A DNA stretch of 63,076 nt, filler included, from Asterionella formosa (GCA_002256025.1; 6 parts of 6 records of this genome joined end to end with filler, not necessarily neighbours in it); one strand, 5' to 3'; shown: positions 12,479 through 27,844, numbered from the whole stretch's first letter. Program-made: numbers and translations. The notes: generated by a model not told the origin, from the letters alone.

Positions 12479-13223
12479 AAACATCTAATTCGTGTGATGC
12501 ATCTTATAATGACAATTATATGATCATATAAGTTTGATTTATCATCTAATATGAATAATATTTATTGTCATAGAGAATATTGTACGAAGTATACTATATA
12601 TAATGATACATGTATATATTTATTTTTACCATCACTGGCTGCAAACCATCAGCAACCATTCAATCTGAATTTGAATCATTCGTGTTGCAATAGGACAGTC
12701 GTACATGGGGATATGTACATATCTGTACCTTACTATTGTTGAGAATATATATGATAGATTTACATATATGCTTATGCATTTACGAGACTCCTTCTGTATG
12801 AGTAAAATATTCCTTCGTGATTTGATGTATAATATCGTCGTCGCGCTCTGATATTCTTATTATTTTAGATTACTTATCAGACATAAAATAAAAATTTAAC
12901 TATAATTTTTAACAGTTAAATTTTCATAGCGATGCATCCTCCTGTTTGTTATGCCTCCTCTGATTCATTTAAAATACAATAATATCATTGATTTAAGTTG
13001 CATAATCTCGCCATCGTTGGTCACTGACAATGTTGGCTTTAATCGGATCAAATATGAATGCAGCTTGTGCCCCTGGCAGATTGATTATGAAATGAAATCG
13101 AAATCTGTACCTTGTGTGATGAGAGAGTTGTCATGACAAAACATCTGTATTGGAGTTCCCCAAAGTGAATGAGCTAGTTAGTCGTCGTAGGTATGATTTT
13201 ATTGTCTTCATGTTTTTAGTTTA

Positions 13224-13925
<702 letters not shown>

Positions 13926-14449
13926 ATGTACGGTATTGTAATTATGCATACTTTTTTTGCTGAGAGCAGGCCATTTCGGGTATGAGCGAGCAAGTCTTGA
14001 AATATTCCGGCAAATGATATGTAGTCATACATGAAAATACATAATTTTATAAACTGCACTGTTATTTCTAACTGTTAAAAAACTTGGTCAACACAAACAA
14101 TAATATTGGGGTTATGAGTACCGTAATTTATGTTATAATACACATGATATAATATTTTTTAATTTCGAAGCGCGCCCATTATTGTATGATTACAAAAGTG
14201 AACTTATAATTCATTATCACATACTCACAATCACTCGTAACTAAATCTATGATAGTTTGATCACATTTATAAGATCAAAATAATGCAAATATTTTAAAAG
14301 GTTCTTGCTAATATTTTTAATATATATTACTAAATAATTTTACAACAATAAGATGTTATTATCATCTATCATTACGTCAAAATATATAATTTTATGAATG
14401 TAATGCTATAGCGGTAAATACCAATATATAATAGCATGCATGATGTAAC

Positions 14450-15700
14450 GTGTTACCATCGGTAAAAGGCAAATCCAATTATACTGCTGCTGAGGCTGCA
14501 GTTGCCTTCTCATCATTGATAGTAATCAAACTCCGTTTCATTACATTACTTATCATTTCGCGGAACCAAACTGCATCACTCGTCATATCAATACCAATCA
14601 AAGTTAATGTGGAACACAACAACAACATTCGGAATGACAAAGAGAATAGTCTATTTGGGTTTACACTAGAAGACTTATTAACATCGAGGAAGAAATTGAA
14701 AAGACTCATTGAATCGGTTGAGAGCACATGTATGTTTTCTTCCAAATCTGATGATTTCGAGAAGGTTTACAATTCTCCAAAAAAAGATTTCATATGTTAA
14801 TTCCATAATTGCCCCAATGCATTAATCAGAGAAGTCATCTTCTATGGCAAGTTCAAAACATTTGAACCATTTTTTCAATGAAAAGTAGCGGGCTATTCTT
14901 ATTGATCGTTCACCAAATCGAGAAGAAGCCAGTCAATCTCTCATGATAATGCACGATAGCTGGTGTGCCTTTAACAAGTTTCCCACAACCTTTGTCATCA
15001 CGTGGAATGTCGAGAACACCATTCTCACAGTTATTTCATCCAGATTTACGACACATTGCTATCCATGTTAAAAACATAACCAATTCAGCGGTGGAAAGAG
15101 CGAAAAGTCTAATTGATAATGCAGGGAAATCCGTGACTGTATCAAGGATTGATTTTTACTGCCATGTCAAAATTCACGCCAATGCTCCAGGACAAAGCAC
15201 TATTTTGAGATGTCATCCGAAATGGAATATTGATTCAAAAGCTGGGATGATCTCTGGTTGGGAATGGTTTGATTGGATTGAAGTGAACTGGGAGAAGGGG
15301 GATGGGTCAAATTCATATACTGTTCCTGGAAAATTATTTCTTTTGGGGAAATGTAATTTTCTCGAATGATACTACCATTCTTTTAGCCTCTATATGTTCC
15401 TTGAAAAGTTCATCTGAAATGAAAGCTCATAAACATATGATCTTTGCAAAAAGCGACACTATATGCAACGATACAACTGAACTGAGTGTGGTTGAGTTTA
15501 ACAACATTCTGTCCGCTGCGTTTGTTGTGCCTGCCTTAAAACCACAAGAAAGTTCTATTCAATCTAGGAAACCAGTGAAGCCCAGCAATGAGGCATTGGA
15601 GCAATTAGAAAAAGATGATTATTGTGTTTCCCTACCTGCACGCCATTTATGGAAATCAATTGGGCGGGAACAAAAATGTTCAGTGAACGATGATAGCTAG
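14450..15700 (+). mobile_element. Internally deleted Plavaka-like DNA transposon remnant (5' ORF head plus transposase C-terminal region)
   Basis: ILRCHPKW...EWFDWIEVNW...VVEFNNILSAAFVVP is homologous to 47540-48200(-) and 53996-54360(-); TLEDLLTSRKKLKRLIESVE resembles TLHDFMFSEKKMKKLMKSIE at ~53935. Confidence 0.7.
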
Positions 15701-15914
15701 TAGCTGTAAATATAAATTAGATAAATGATTAATATTGCTTAATATTAACAGTTATTACTCCCATTCAACATCTTCATTGTCATTCATGATCTGACGATTT
15801 CCACAATGTCGTAAATTGATGTTAGCTACTACCAGCAACATCATCTTGTGGAAGTTGATCTCCACCATATTTCTTCAATTGCTCTTCTGGGATTTCAGGG
15901 AAAGAAAAATATGA

Positions 15915-15937
15915 TAAGGGTTAGGGTTAGGGTTAGG
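15915..15937 (+). repeat. Short interstitial telomere-like (TTAGGG)n tract
   Basis: taaggg ttaggg ttaggg ttagg. Confidence 0.7.
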
Positions 15938-16512
15938 TGGACGATATATCGAAATATGGTAACGAAATGTCTTCTTCCTATAATAAGTAGGAAAATGACA
16001 TGTTCAATCAGGGATAAAAACGTTGTGGTACATATTTTATAAATTCTTTTGCACGCTGAACGAAACCAATGGAGAAATACAGCGCGTATATATACCGGTA
16101 CGCACTGGGAAAAGTAGCTAATAGAGAAATAAACTACCACGTACCATGTATACCGTATCTAGTGTGACAGCATCCTAATCCGTTAAAATGAATGACTGAT
16201 GACATTCCAACTTTCAAGGAGCGAAGGAAACTCCTTCCTTTCGTTGCACAACATCTCCATCTATCCGGATTTAGCTTGATACTTACTATTTCGAATTCGG
16301 AACCAAAGCGATTTGTTCTACTCCGTGATTGTCAAGTAGCGTTTCACAACATCTCCATCTTAATTAAACTTCTGTCCTCAAAATCAATCAAAGGGTTCAG
16401 CGTGTTCCTTACTGTTGCGATTCGGAAACAAAAAGATGTGTTATACTCCGCGATTGTGAAGTTTGTTATGTTTCTTCACATAAAATAGAAACAGACAAGA
16501 AACTCTTCCAAT

Positions 16513-18223
16513 ATGAAGCTTGCAATTTTCGCCTTTGCCTCCCTTGCTGGCATCATACATGCTCAGCTGGACTACCTTGATGCTCCGTTACTCAAGTTTG
16601 AAACCAACACAGTCCCCCCAGTTGGGCCTGGATGCGGAGCCTATGTTACTCCAGATGATAGGATGGTTGTTGTTACTTCCAGTAACTCCCAAATCTCTGC
16701 CTTTGACGTAGACACGGGAAAAGTCATTTTTACGTTCAATCCTAGTGACACCGATCGTCGCGGCTACCCCACCTACTGCACTAGTGGTGTTTCTTTTGGA
16801 ACTTTCAACGAAAAAAAATACCTTGTTACCGGCATCAGCTATGGTTATCCAAAAACCAACGTAACATTTTGGTAAGATATTCAAGTTGCTGGTGGGAACT
16901 GCTTCTCGTTCGTCACTAACACAACATTCTCTTTTGGTGCTTTTGCCGCACAGCCAAATCGTTGCTTTGCTTCCTGACGGAAAGCCGTTCTGGAAGTCGT
17001 CTATTTTTGATGGTGCTTGCTCTGGAACTCCAGTCGTCGGTGAGGATGGAACTCTTGTCTATTTCACTCGAAACACAGCTACAACGGGGTCGTTTACAAT
17101 TCTTTCTGCTGGACTGAATGGTACTGCATACTTCAATAATTTCACTGAACCACGTCCTTTCGCCCCTCCTGGAATTTACCATAGCCCTACTGAGGGCTAC
17201 TACCTAGGTGGTGACGGGAACTCAAATGATATCGTTATCTTTAGCAATACTGCTTTTTATGGTGAGACAACTGTGGGAGTAGGAAGCTTGTTTGCCTTTC
17301 AAAGTCCTCTTTTCGGTGAGCCGCCAAGCGTCACTCTCTTGAACAATGCAACTACTTGGTATTCCTTTTCACCTCCCAAGATTACCAACAACGGCTACAG
17401 CATGTACATTCCAGTGTCAAGAAGCCAGCTTCGTGCGTGGGTTGGTGCCGCCGGCGACAATCTGAATCAGTTTCACCGCCTTCCGACTGCGACCATTCAA
17501 TTCCCTCGTGGAAATCCTGCATGGCTCGCTCCATACGCAAGCGTGGCTCTCAGTAGCAGCCCAACCAAGCCAATGGTCTTTGGCGGAACTGCTGCGTACC
17601 TCATGGTTGGCTACACGTTTGACATGAAGGAAATGTGGAAGGTGGCGAGCACTAGTAACATCCGGGCCGAGGCCAAGGTCTCTCCCCAGGATGACCGTGT
17701 CTATTGGGTCGAGGAGAATAGCAAGGTGCATTGCACCAACACTACCAGTGGTAGTGAAATCTGGGCCATTCAGCTCAGTTTTGCCCCTGTCCGCTCCGAC
17801 TTTGCCCAAACTTCGGATGGATCCTCTTTGTTTTTTACCGACGTTGCCGGAAATTTAATTGCTTTGAGTGTCGCAGTCGCACCATCCCATGCTCCTACTA
17901 CACAAGCTGTGGGCACTCCTTCTAAGGCCCCTTCTACGAGCCCTACCACGGCATTCCCAACCAATGTGCCAATCTCGTCTGCTCCCTCTACTGCCCCATC
18001 TACTGTTGCTCTTGTCACCCAAGCTCCTATCCTTGGCGCATCGGCGGCACCAAGTGTGGATACTCCTGTCCCAACAGTTCCACCCACTACTGGTAGTATT
18101 GCCCGCACTCTAGTGCCTACTGGATCAAAGACCCAAGTTACAACCTCTGAAAAACTGTCGGGGGCTGGAGTCAAGGCTACGTATTCTTGCGTTGCTGTTT
18201 TCTTTGCTTTCCTCCTCTTTTAA
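16513..18223 (+). CDS. Secreted PQQ-like/BamB-type beta-propeller protein with T/P/S-rich stalk and probable GPI signal (paralog 1, ~542 aa; intron 16872-16953)
   Basis: Signal peptide MKLAIFAFASLAGIIHA; GT-AG phase-2 intron joins ORFs 16513 and 16886; blade-like motifs (AFDVDTGKVIF, TTSGSEIW); APS/APT repeats; hydrophobic tail SGAG...VAVFFAFLLF. Confidence 0.8.
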
Positions 18224-19690
18224 TTTCTGAGTAATGTTATTTTGAATCATGGTTGTCCGTCAAGAGTCTATATCATTGACGTACTCGGCGGTGTATTGGT
18301 ATCTGTTTGTTAAAATAGAACCATATGTTACATTCACATCACCCTCCTCGTTAGCGTAATTGTCAACCATTGGGGCGCGATAATGGTAGATTATGATGCA
18401 TCTTGGATGACTAACTCTCTTCGTCAACAACGGATCCGACTCAAATTCAAACCCCGATGAGGCAGGGGGGGGGGTTAAATGTCAAAGCCGCAGTAGGAGC
18501 TAGATGCAATAAACGCGACCGGAACGAAGGCTTTAACAAGCCAACCACTAAACGACTGGACTGAAAATAGATTGCATGAATAGACTTTTGCGTTTCCCCT
18601 TTCAGCGTTCTGTTACATATATAGTAGTCCCACTTTCCGTTTTCGGCTATTTGCCGTGTTTGCTTTTTTGGGCCTCAAGTCGTGAGTATTTGGTATGAGT
18701 GTGACAGCAAGACTGGATGTATGCGGCACTGCCTGATGGTCGTACCTTGTAGTATTTTTTCTAATCATGAAAGCGAAGGAAAAACAATCGAATGTGCGTG
18801 ACTGGGTGATGTTGCTTGTTGTTCGTTTTCGTCTCGAAACAAGGAAATACCGGTAGATAAGCTGATGTGATAAGATTCTTATATGACATGGGGATGGTGG
18901 TGATCAATGCATTGCTCAGCACTTCGCGCATGTGTTTTCTAGAGAAGCAATTGTAGCGGCGCGACGACGTCCTGTCCTGAAATGTCATACCTAATTATTT
19001 ATTCAGCTCTGAATATATAAATTCCACCATGCGAGGTGCGAGTGCTCCCAGCCACCAGTACGACCTTCGTTGCTATCTACAGTATGTAAGCACACAAGCC
19101 ATGTCAGATGTTTGACTGTCTACAGTACCGCATGTATACATGGAGAATTTAGGAGGGAGATTCAAATGTACGGCCACAAATGAGGACCCGCCCGGTCGAC
19201 TACGTGCTATGAAATGTGTTGGTGAACTTGGAGCGAGCACTCTCAGCTCAAAGAGAGCGGGAAATTCTTGTGCTCACGCCATATGTATTGTCATCATAGA
19301 TTATACAAGCATATATATCTCTATGAATTGGTATACTCCGTTTCGGAGGCCAGATCTTGTAGATCTTGATTTGTCGAGCAAACAAGGACTTGGGTACGAT
19401 TGTACGATTGAAACATATTCACGGGTCCTAGTCCGTAGAATACTTAACCAGGTAGACCTGGTATTTTATACGAGGAATGTACTAGCACGAGCAACTACAT
19501 CTGATTATTTTTCAAACCGGCCAAAAATATCTTTACTCAACGATCTCCCGCCACCAATGGTTACGAAGTAGAATACTGGGCAAGGATTCATAGCTCACAG
19601 TTTACTGAGTTCATTTCAGTGCAGATTCTTCGAACAGAATCCTCAACCGAAGCACCGCTACGAAAAGCGCCTTCAATCCAAGAAACAAGC

Positions 19691-21588
19691 ATGGGCAAGC
19701 TCTCCTTCTCCCTTACTATCGTGGCGGCCTTGTTGGTCGCTGCCGCCGAAAGTGTTACTATGGCTCCGGTCACCACAGCTCCAGTTGGAATTCCCATTGG
19801 CAGCAGTCCAGCTCCTGCTCTGGGGTCGTCTTCTCCAACCAGTGTTAGCTACCTTGATAATCCTTTGCTGAAGTGGTCCGTCAGCCTCGGTTTAGGCTTT
19901 GGCGAGCTCGCTAGGGGCAACGCCGTTACTGTTAGTGATGATGGCTCTTTGCTTTTCGTCACCCGTAGCAGTGGTCGCATCGATATCCTTCAGGCCAGCG
20001 ACGGGGCCACCATCTTCTCCTATTCACCTACTGCACTTTCTGGATGGACTGTATCTTGCTCTAGTGGAGTGCACGAACGAACCTTTTTTGACCAAAATTT
20101 TCTGGTCTACGCAATTATTGATGAACCTCCCACTGGCAGCGGCTTAGAAGCAAAAAGGTAAGCAAACGAAGTTTGTCAACTGGGATCGTGATTGCAACAA
20201 TGGTCTCACAATACTGTTCTCTTTCTCCCTGCAGTCGTTTAGTTGCAATTGCTCTACCCACCGCTGCAGTGTGGTGGATTAGTGAAGCAGTGGACGGCAG
20301 GATCATTGGAACTCCCGTCGCTACTGAGAAAGGAGAGTATGTCTATGCCACCCACAATATTAATTTGAGCGGTACCGATCCCGAAGGTATCTTCTCTATC
20401 TTTTCGGTGAAAGGTAATGGCACCGTTATTTTTTCTGAGAAAGCTACAGCCCGAAACACAACAGACATTGCGCCCTATTCCGCCCTCGCGTATAGTCACA
20501 TGCCTACGGCTGGAAACTACGCAGGGGGCAGTGGCAACATCAATGACATTGTGGCCTGGATTTCAACGAGAAGTGATGGAGTCGGCGATGCTGGATACAC
20601 TCGTGCGTTCCAGCTTCCCCAGGTGTTCAGTTCCAGTAACACCAGCAATGCGGAAACTGTGCTTCTTCGTCCTGTTCGTTGGAATGGACTTGCTCGTCCA
20701 ACGCTAAGCATGGATGGCCAATCACTCTTTGCTGTTGTTCGTGAAAGTGGGGTCCGAGGTTGGATTCCTCCCAGAACTTTCGAAGAGTCTGCTTCCTGGT
20801 CAGTGACATTGGCAAAGAACAACGTAACGTCTGCCATTCCCATCCGGAATGCGGCTACTCTATCCACGAGCCAGTCGTTCGTGTTCGTTACCAGTACGTC
20901 AACCGAGTTGAGCTGCCTCACCGCTGCGGATGGAATACCGGTTTGGAATAGCTCAAGTTCTGGTTTGTTCACCACCGAACCGCAGGTGGCCCCCGATGAT
21001 TTCTTGGTGTACACCACTGACGAAAGTGGTACTCTTCAGGCCCGACGTCAAAGTGACGGAACTGCACTATGGGCTGTTACTTGCGAATCTCTCAGCCTTA
21101 TGACCAATTGCAGCAATATTCTTCAAGCTGAATTCAGCGTTTCTTCAAGTGGTTTGTACGTTTACTACGGTGATTTGTCTGGTAACATCAAGGCTATCCA
21201 AGTTGCTTTGACTACTAGCCCCACCATTGCTCCTTCCGCTGGCATTGCAGCAACCAGCGCCCCTTCCATGACTCCTGTTGCTCCCACCGTTGCCCCTGTG
21301 GCTCCTGTGACGACGGCTCCAATTTCTATGGCTCCTGTCGTCGCCCCGGTAGTCCCCACTACGGCACCCATTCTTGGCCCCGTGACGACAGCGCCAGTCA
21401 TGCCCCCCAATGAAGTTACAGTTGCACCAGTTGCTAATCCCACCACTGATGCACCAAGTCCTTCTCCATCTACCCCTTTGACTACTTCTCGTCCAGCAAC
21501 GGCGAAGCCCACCTCGGCAGCTAGCAAGTCGTTCAAAATGTCTATTGTTACCGCTGCTGTCATTGGAATGGGTTTGTTCATGAACTAG
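19691..21588 (+). CDS. Secreted PQQ-like beta-propeller protein with T/P/A/V-rich stalk and probable GPI signal (paralog 2, ~606 aa; intron 20158-20234)
   Basis: Signal peptide MGKLSFSLTIVAALLVAAA; YLDNPLLKW vs YLDAPLLKF in paralog 1; same phase-2 intron position; GNYAGGSGNINDIV vs GYYLGGDGNSNDIV; APV/TTAP repeats; hydrophobic tail. Confidence 0.8.
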
Positions 21589-24219
21589 TTATATACAGTT
21601 GCTTCTGTCTGTGTCTATTCTGTACACCCTTTGTCTTTATAATGAAGCTGTGGTTAAAACGTTTTCGAAGCCAGTTGATAAATATAGTAATGACTTGCCA
21701 ATAGAAGTTTTCCATGGGTCGAGCAAAAATTAGTGACTGCATTCAGTATCACTAGTGGTAAAGATAAAAAGCAACATAGGGACAGGGATTGGGTTCCAGA
21801 TAAAATATATCGATTGTAGAAGAAAAAGAGGATGTCAAACTATCAATTTAGAAAAGTACCTGCCTTCACTCCTTGCATCCATTGGTTATCAATGATCAGC
21901 TTTCTCAATAAAAAATGCCCTTGATACAATGACTAAACCAATAAATGCAAAAAAATTAATTGATTAAGCCATATATTGAAGCCAAATAAATGTTTTGATT
22001 GTCATATTCTATTGCATTACTGAAACTATTAGCCATCCTTTTGTCTCTATATTCCATTTAATATGATAGTTTCTGTTCATTTTCTATTGTTCAACATTTT
22101 TTGAGTTGATATCATCAGTACAAAGCAGCAGGGTATAACTAGTTTGCCATGCCTCTTTAGGCAGAAAGTTGGCACATCATTTCCCATTTCAAATATAGTC
22201 TTGTCGTTTCCATACAATTTTAATAACATTGCGTTTGCTTTCTGCAATTTTAGGCAGCTAGCGGGACAAATAATGTCCAAGGAGTGTGTGTGTGTGAACA
22301 TGCGCATGAATTTTAATGGATCTATTGACTATAGAAATATGTATATATATCTACATGACTTTCAGTAAAAGCAGATAAGCACTATTTTAGTTCAAGCAAT
22401 TTCAATTTACTTAAATCACAGCTACATTTAAGCAATACTATCTTCTATATATAAATATATTCTTAGAATGTATAATTAAATATACTACAACATGAATTTT
22501 TTGTCGGACTATGTTGGATGCACTGCTGAGGATCAAAGGCTTTCCAAGGAATGCAAAGTTATTGGATTGAAGGGTACTAGGTACAACGACAAATGTATCA
22601 ATCATAAAATCCACATGAGTTTAATTGTCAACAGCAAGATAGTAGAATGATCATTACATTCGAGTTATAAAAGCACTTGATAAATACATATAATCAACAT
22701 ACTATGGCGTAGGCGCACCATTCACTTCTTGATGCAACATTAGAAATTAATTAGATATTAATAATATATGTACATGATCAATTTATATATATTCATATTT
22801 TTATAAATATATTTATGATCAAATGCACAAAAACTTATTAATCAATAACTTTATATGTACGATCAATAACCACAGTTAAACGGTATAGCGCGATAATTTT
22901 GGGGCACTCGATAATAAAGAAATTGTCTTAAACCTAATGCTTTCTTCATTCACAGACGAGTGGATCATTCATTTATGGCGCGCACCTTCATATACGAAAT
23001 AGTAACAATATTTGTATTGTCTACTTTCATTCATGGACTGTCAAAATTTGATAGTTGTGAACATCACGTGTATAATATAATATGCATTGTTCTGCCTGGT
23101 AAACAAGTTTTGTTCATTCCGGCTTTCATGTAATGCTTCACAATCATATAGTGAAATCAAGACAGAATTATTTGTTTTTACAAATAATTCCTTTATACAT
23201 TCAACAAATATTTTATATTAGAGGACAATTCATTGTAACAAATACATTTTACGAACAGTGCCAATACACACTGTGTCGATGCACCAGAATAAACTCCTCT
23301 ATTGGTCTACAGTAATGATTAATGTCAATGAAAAATAATAAACTTTATTTTTGCAAACATCATTCAATTTTTCATAGAAATAATCCAATATGCTATTAGT
23401 GTTCCTTCGTAGTGGTTGTCTACAACACAGGACAAGTAATGTATGAGCGAATCGCCCAGGAAATGACGAAACATTCATTCCTTTGGGGTGATTGCTCTTG
23501 GAGGATGCAGTAATAATGTTGCATTGAGAAATCTTCTCTATCCAACCGAATTGCATCATTTGACACAGAATTCTATCTTGTTGGTGGTGCCATGCACATA
23601 CACATCGATGGATGTAATTTTAGATTCATTTGTGCGTTGGTTCCCAGCCGCGCCATGACGACTTTATTCATCATGTCAACAATTTCTTTCTTTCTCAGAT
23701 AAGGATTCGGATAGCAATGGTATTTAGTTTGTTAGAGAAATATGGCAGTTTGGTTCTTAGAAGGAACTTCTTAGCAACTGGCTTGGAAACAACAGTAAAG
23801 TTTTTGCTTAAAGTGAAATGCCACAATTGACTCCTCCTTTCCGGGCAACATTCCTTCTACATTGATAACTGTAACAAGTAAGATTTGGTAATAGAGGAAG
23901 CAATGGCCAAGGAGCTGAGGACCATCGACTTCATTGAATTCAACATATCAATTATATCTATTCTTTTCAATATTTCACAATATTTCGTACTATTTCTGTA
24001 AACCAGTCTGTACGAAAGAATACAATTTTTCCACAAAAGTGACTGAAAATGCACAAACCATCAGTTAGGGACATTTTAGGATTCGAAATTTTAGTCGCCT
24101 AACGAACAAGCAGCGAATTGTTGCATGTCTATGTATATGTAAGTAAGTAACTCTAAAATGACCTAATCAAAATTCCAGCCACAGGGATATGAACCACTAC
24201 TACATGAAGTGCATACGTG

Positions 24220-25170
24220 AAAGTCAGTACAAAAAGTACGTTGAGGTATTTTCTTGTATTTTGAGCTGCTGCACCCTTTCCGAGATTTCATTTTCTCAAT
24301 GTTCCTCTTATATTTGCGAAGTACTTTGTAGATAGGAATAATCACCTAGCATAAGTTATCAAGCTAGCTACTACGGACTCAATAGTGTCTCTACTTTGGT
24401 TATATTTTCAAAATTGAGCAAACAACGACCAAAACTAATTCTAGCGGCGATTTCAGTTTTCGCTGTGGGCCGTCAACATTTATGGAAAAATTATTATTAT
24501 TGAACGATTAACTCATCCATGATAAGCTAGATGCATGTGCGAAATAGGGATGATACATATTCTAAACCAAGAATAGAAAATGCAAAATGACGCATTACCC
24601 ACTATATTTGTAGGAAATTTAAATACTGGTACTGCTGGTAAATAGAACCATTTTGGTATCTACTGGGCATATGAACTACAAAATAATACCGGTAATAGAA
24701 ATGCCTATGCAGGTTGTTCCGAATGTTCCAATCGCGTAAAGTACAAGCAGTGTAAACAAGTATGTCTGCAATTGTGTCTAATTTTAACTTCAAAATGACC
24801 TGCTCAAGATTCTGTAGAAACATTGACCATGCCAATTAGTACACACACGATAGTCAGTACAAAATTATATATTGAGGTATTTTCTTGCATTTTGAGATGT
24901 TGCGCCCTCTCCGAGATTTCGGATCGCTCAAGTTTTCTCATCTATGTTTACCGAAGATATAATTATTTATTTAACGAAAGTTATCAACCTAGTCACCGCG
25001 GACTCAACGATGTCTCGTTTTTGCTCGTATCCTCAAAATTGAGAAAACGACGAAGAAAAGAAATCCTAGCGGCAAATTAAAAAAATTTGTTTTCAATATT
25101 GGTCCAAAATTTTTATCATTTAACAATTATTTCGTCTATGCTTGGGCTAGATACATGTACGAAATAGCAA
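24220..25170 (+). repeat. Diverged direct repeat pair (~24220-24545 and ~24850-25170)
   Basis: Both contain cagtacaaaa..ttgaggtatttt..ccgagatttc..aagttatcaa.ctag..cggactcaa..tcaaaattgag..ctagcggc..gctagat. Confidence 0.75.
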
Positions 25171-26768
25171 TAGTTCGCTCATAGTCAATTTTGAATAAGA
25201 AATTCGTTCCAATAAGTTCGCCATGGTAAAGACAAGATGTTTATTCATCGATCTAGATACATACATAAGGCATTACAAATCAAATTTGCTAACTGGTATG
25301 TCTGCCAAACATCTATAACATTCCGATATATATATTTGCATAATTTGAAATAGAGCCAGTAGCTAGTCCCAAAGGTTGAGATGCAAAACATAACTACATA
25401 CATGGTCACAGTCATTATCATTCCAGATCATGCAACAGCCTACCGGGGTACCGCTACCGGTAGTATACTATTTCCAATATCATACATATATCACATATCA
25501 CATATATACAATGGCAAGGGAGGATACCGGTATACATTTTAAGGCTACTACCTACCTGGGGTAGCCCTTTTAGAAGCTAGTATACAATTATTTAGCTTAG
25601 ATGCTGCTATTTCTTTCTGTATATAAAACAATTGAGTGAAGTTCTTGGTCGCAGCTGGAGAATCCTGATCATGCTATCTCCGCCTTAACCATGTCGAAAA
25701 TAACGAATTTCTCCACAGAAAATGAAAACGACGCTATGCTAGCTATCAGATAAATATATCTAACGCAACATCGATTACCCACCCTGTTCTTATTGCTAGA
25801 AAAACCCCTTCGAATGCGTTCGTCTATTATTTACCGACTTCAAGTTTTTAAACTCTGGCGCATTTTGGATTGTTGAATTGAATCAAGCTTTCTGGATGCT
25901 CTATCACCATGTCATGCAAATTTGTCACTGAGGGTCCACCAATTGTTGCAACCTGAAAAAGCAGGTCGGGTAGTTAAAAATTCACACAAATAACATGATT
26001 CTTTGATAGATTTAAGAGATGATTGAACTCGCTCCATAAGCCTATCATTGAGGCTTCATGAGCGATGCAAGGAGTGCATGAAGCTAAACTCACAATGTGC
26101 AAGATTATTCAAACTAGCTAGCAGTATGGATAAATCTACTACTAATGACTACAATGTTAACATCAAAACTCTGATTTTGAAATTTTGATGCTAATGAATT
26201 GCTACTAGTAGTTATTGAAATGAACAAGGGAATTAATTTGCTTCAAGCAGCCAACCAAAGAATCATGCTATCATGGTTGAATGTTGTTAACGATTTTCAA
26301 CACCCGAACAAGTAGTACTGACACTACTAATAGCTCGCTATTAAGTGTTCATGAATCATTTTATCTACATTCTGTCATTTGGTTGAGGTTGAAATGAAGT
26401 GATGGTGAGTCGCAATTGATTGTGTGCATCATACATGGTGACAATAATTTTTGTCCCCCTGCAACGTATTATCAGTACTTTCTGTATTTTCTGTATTAGG
26501 TATGGATGGGTGTGGTCCGCCCAAGGTAGAAGTTATCCTCGTGTGTACATTCTGTACTGATGTTTTTTAGGTGTCGGTTTGACCTAAAATTCAGGGTGTG
26601 AAAAAGAAGATTTTGGCTCCTAACTTTCATACATGATACAGGTAGCACATGTCATTTGCTGTAAACCATTACGAACGCATGCATGTACCAGGTACCTGGT
26701 GGTAGCTGTAATAATGTACCGCACTACTTCCAATATAATACCGGTATATCGGTTCTGATGCTGCGACC

Positions 26769-27844
26769 ATGATGAACTCTTCGGCCGACGATTTTGACTT
26801 TCCGCCCAATCCTTTTCGATCCGCACCCGCTTCGGAAGGAACGCATCAGCAACCTCATGAAGATTTTGAACACTTTGCGACACAACAACAGCATTTGCAT
26901 GATCCGTTGAGTAGCAACAATGGCGGCTTTCAGCAGCAGCAGCACTTCGCTGGACCAACGAATGCAGGACAAGCTAGGACAGTTGCTACCAGCATGCAAC
27001 TACCCACCGGAATGATGGATACCAAGAATGCTCCAGATGTATCAGATCCAGCCATTATTGCTGCCCCAACATCACGACTTGAAGCTTGCATCGCGTGCAC
27101 TCGCATGGACACGTACCGGAGCTACTTTGATATAGATACCATTGATATCCAAAATCGAATTAAGAGTAGTGTACTCATGTGCTATTTGCCCGATAAGTTT
27201 CGTGTGCAAGTTATTGGGGTGGAACGAAATGCAACGACCAAGGGACCAGATTTGTACGGACCTCTTTGGATAACCATGACCTTGGTTTTCTTCCTAGCGG
27301 TGAGTATACTTGTGGGGAAGGGGTTCCCTTTGATGCATTGGCAAGATGAATGATTTCTTTGTTCATAAATGTACCAGCGCTTTGACTCACCGATTTTTGA
27401 ACATTCATCATTTTCTAGTTTACATCCAATATGTCGGCCTACTTCAGGACCAATCCTAATGAATTTGAGTACGACGTTACTCACTTGATTCGAGCCATGA
27501 CTGTCTGCTTCTCCTTTTCTTTTGGGGTACCTGCCCTTTTTTGGGTGCTCACACAATGCATGGCAATGCAAGCATTGCTCATGGTGGAATGGATTTGTTT
27601 GTATGGATATTCCATGGTTGTTTATCTACCCACAGCTCTTTTGTGCTTGGTCCCCATTGAGATTTGGGTATGGCTATGCTTGATCACTGCAACGGCCATG
27701 AGTGGGTTATTGGTGGTCCGTAATGTGGCGGCTCCCTTGTTAAGCACAGATACAACCGGCAGTAAGGCAGGACCCCTCTTGATGGCGGTCATGGCTTCGC
27801 ATGTTATCTTTTTGATTGTTTTGAAGTTGGCCTTTTATCAGTAA
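26769..27844 (+). CDS. Yip1-domain protein (YIPF1/YIPF2-like Golgi membrane protein), ~318 aa; intron 27300-27418
   Basis: YRSYFDIDT, PDLYGPLWITMTLVF, ICLYGYS motifs and about five TM segments; GT-AG intron joins the two ORFs in frame (FLA|FTSNMSAY). Confidence 0.88.

Noticed and set aside
21900..26500. Scattered 60-86-aa ORFs in AT-rich DNA
   Set aside because: No motifs; lengths consistent with chance or unidentifiable TE decay
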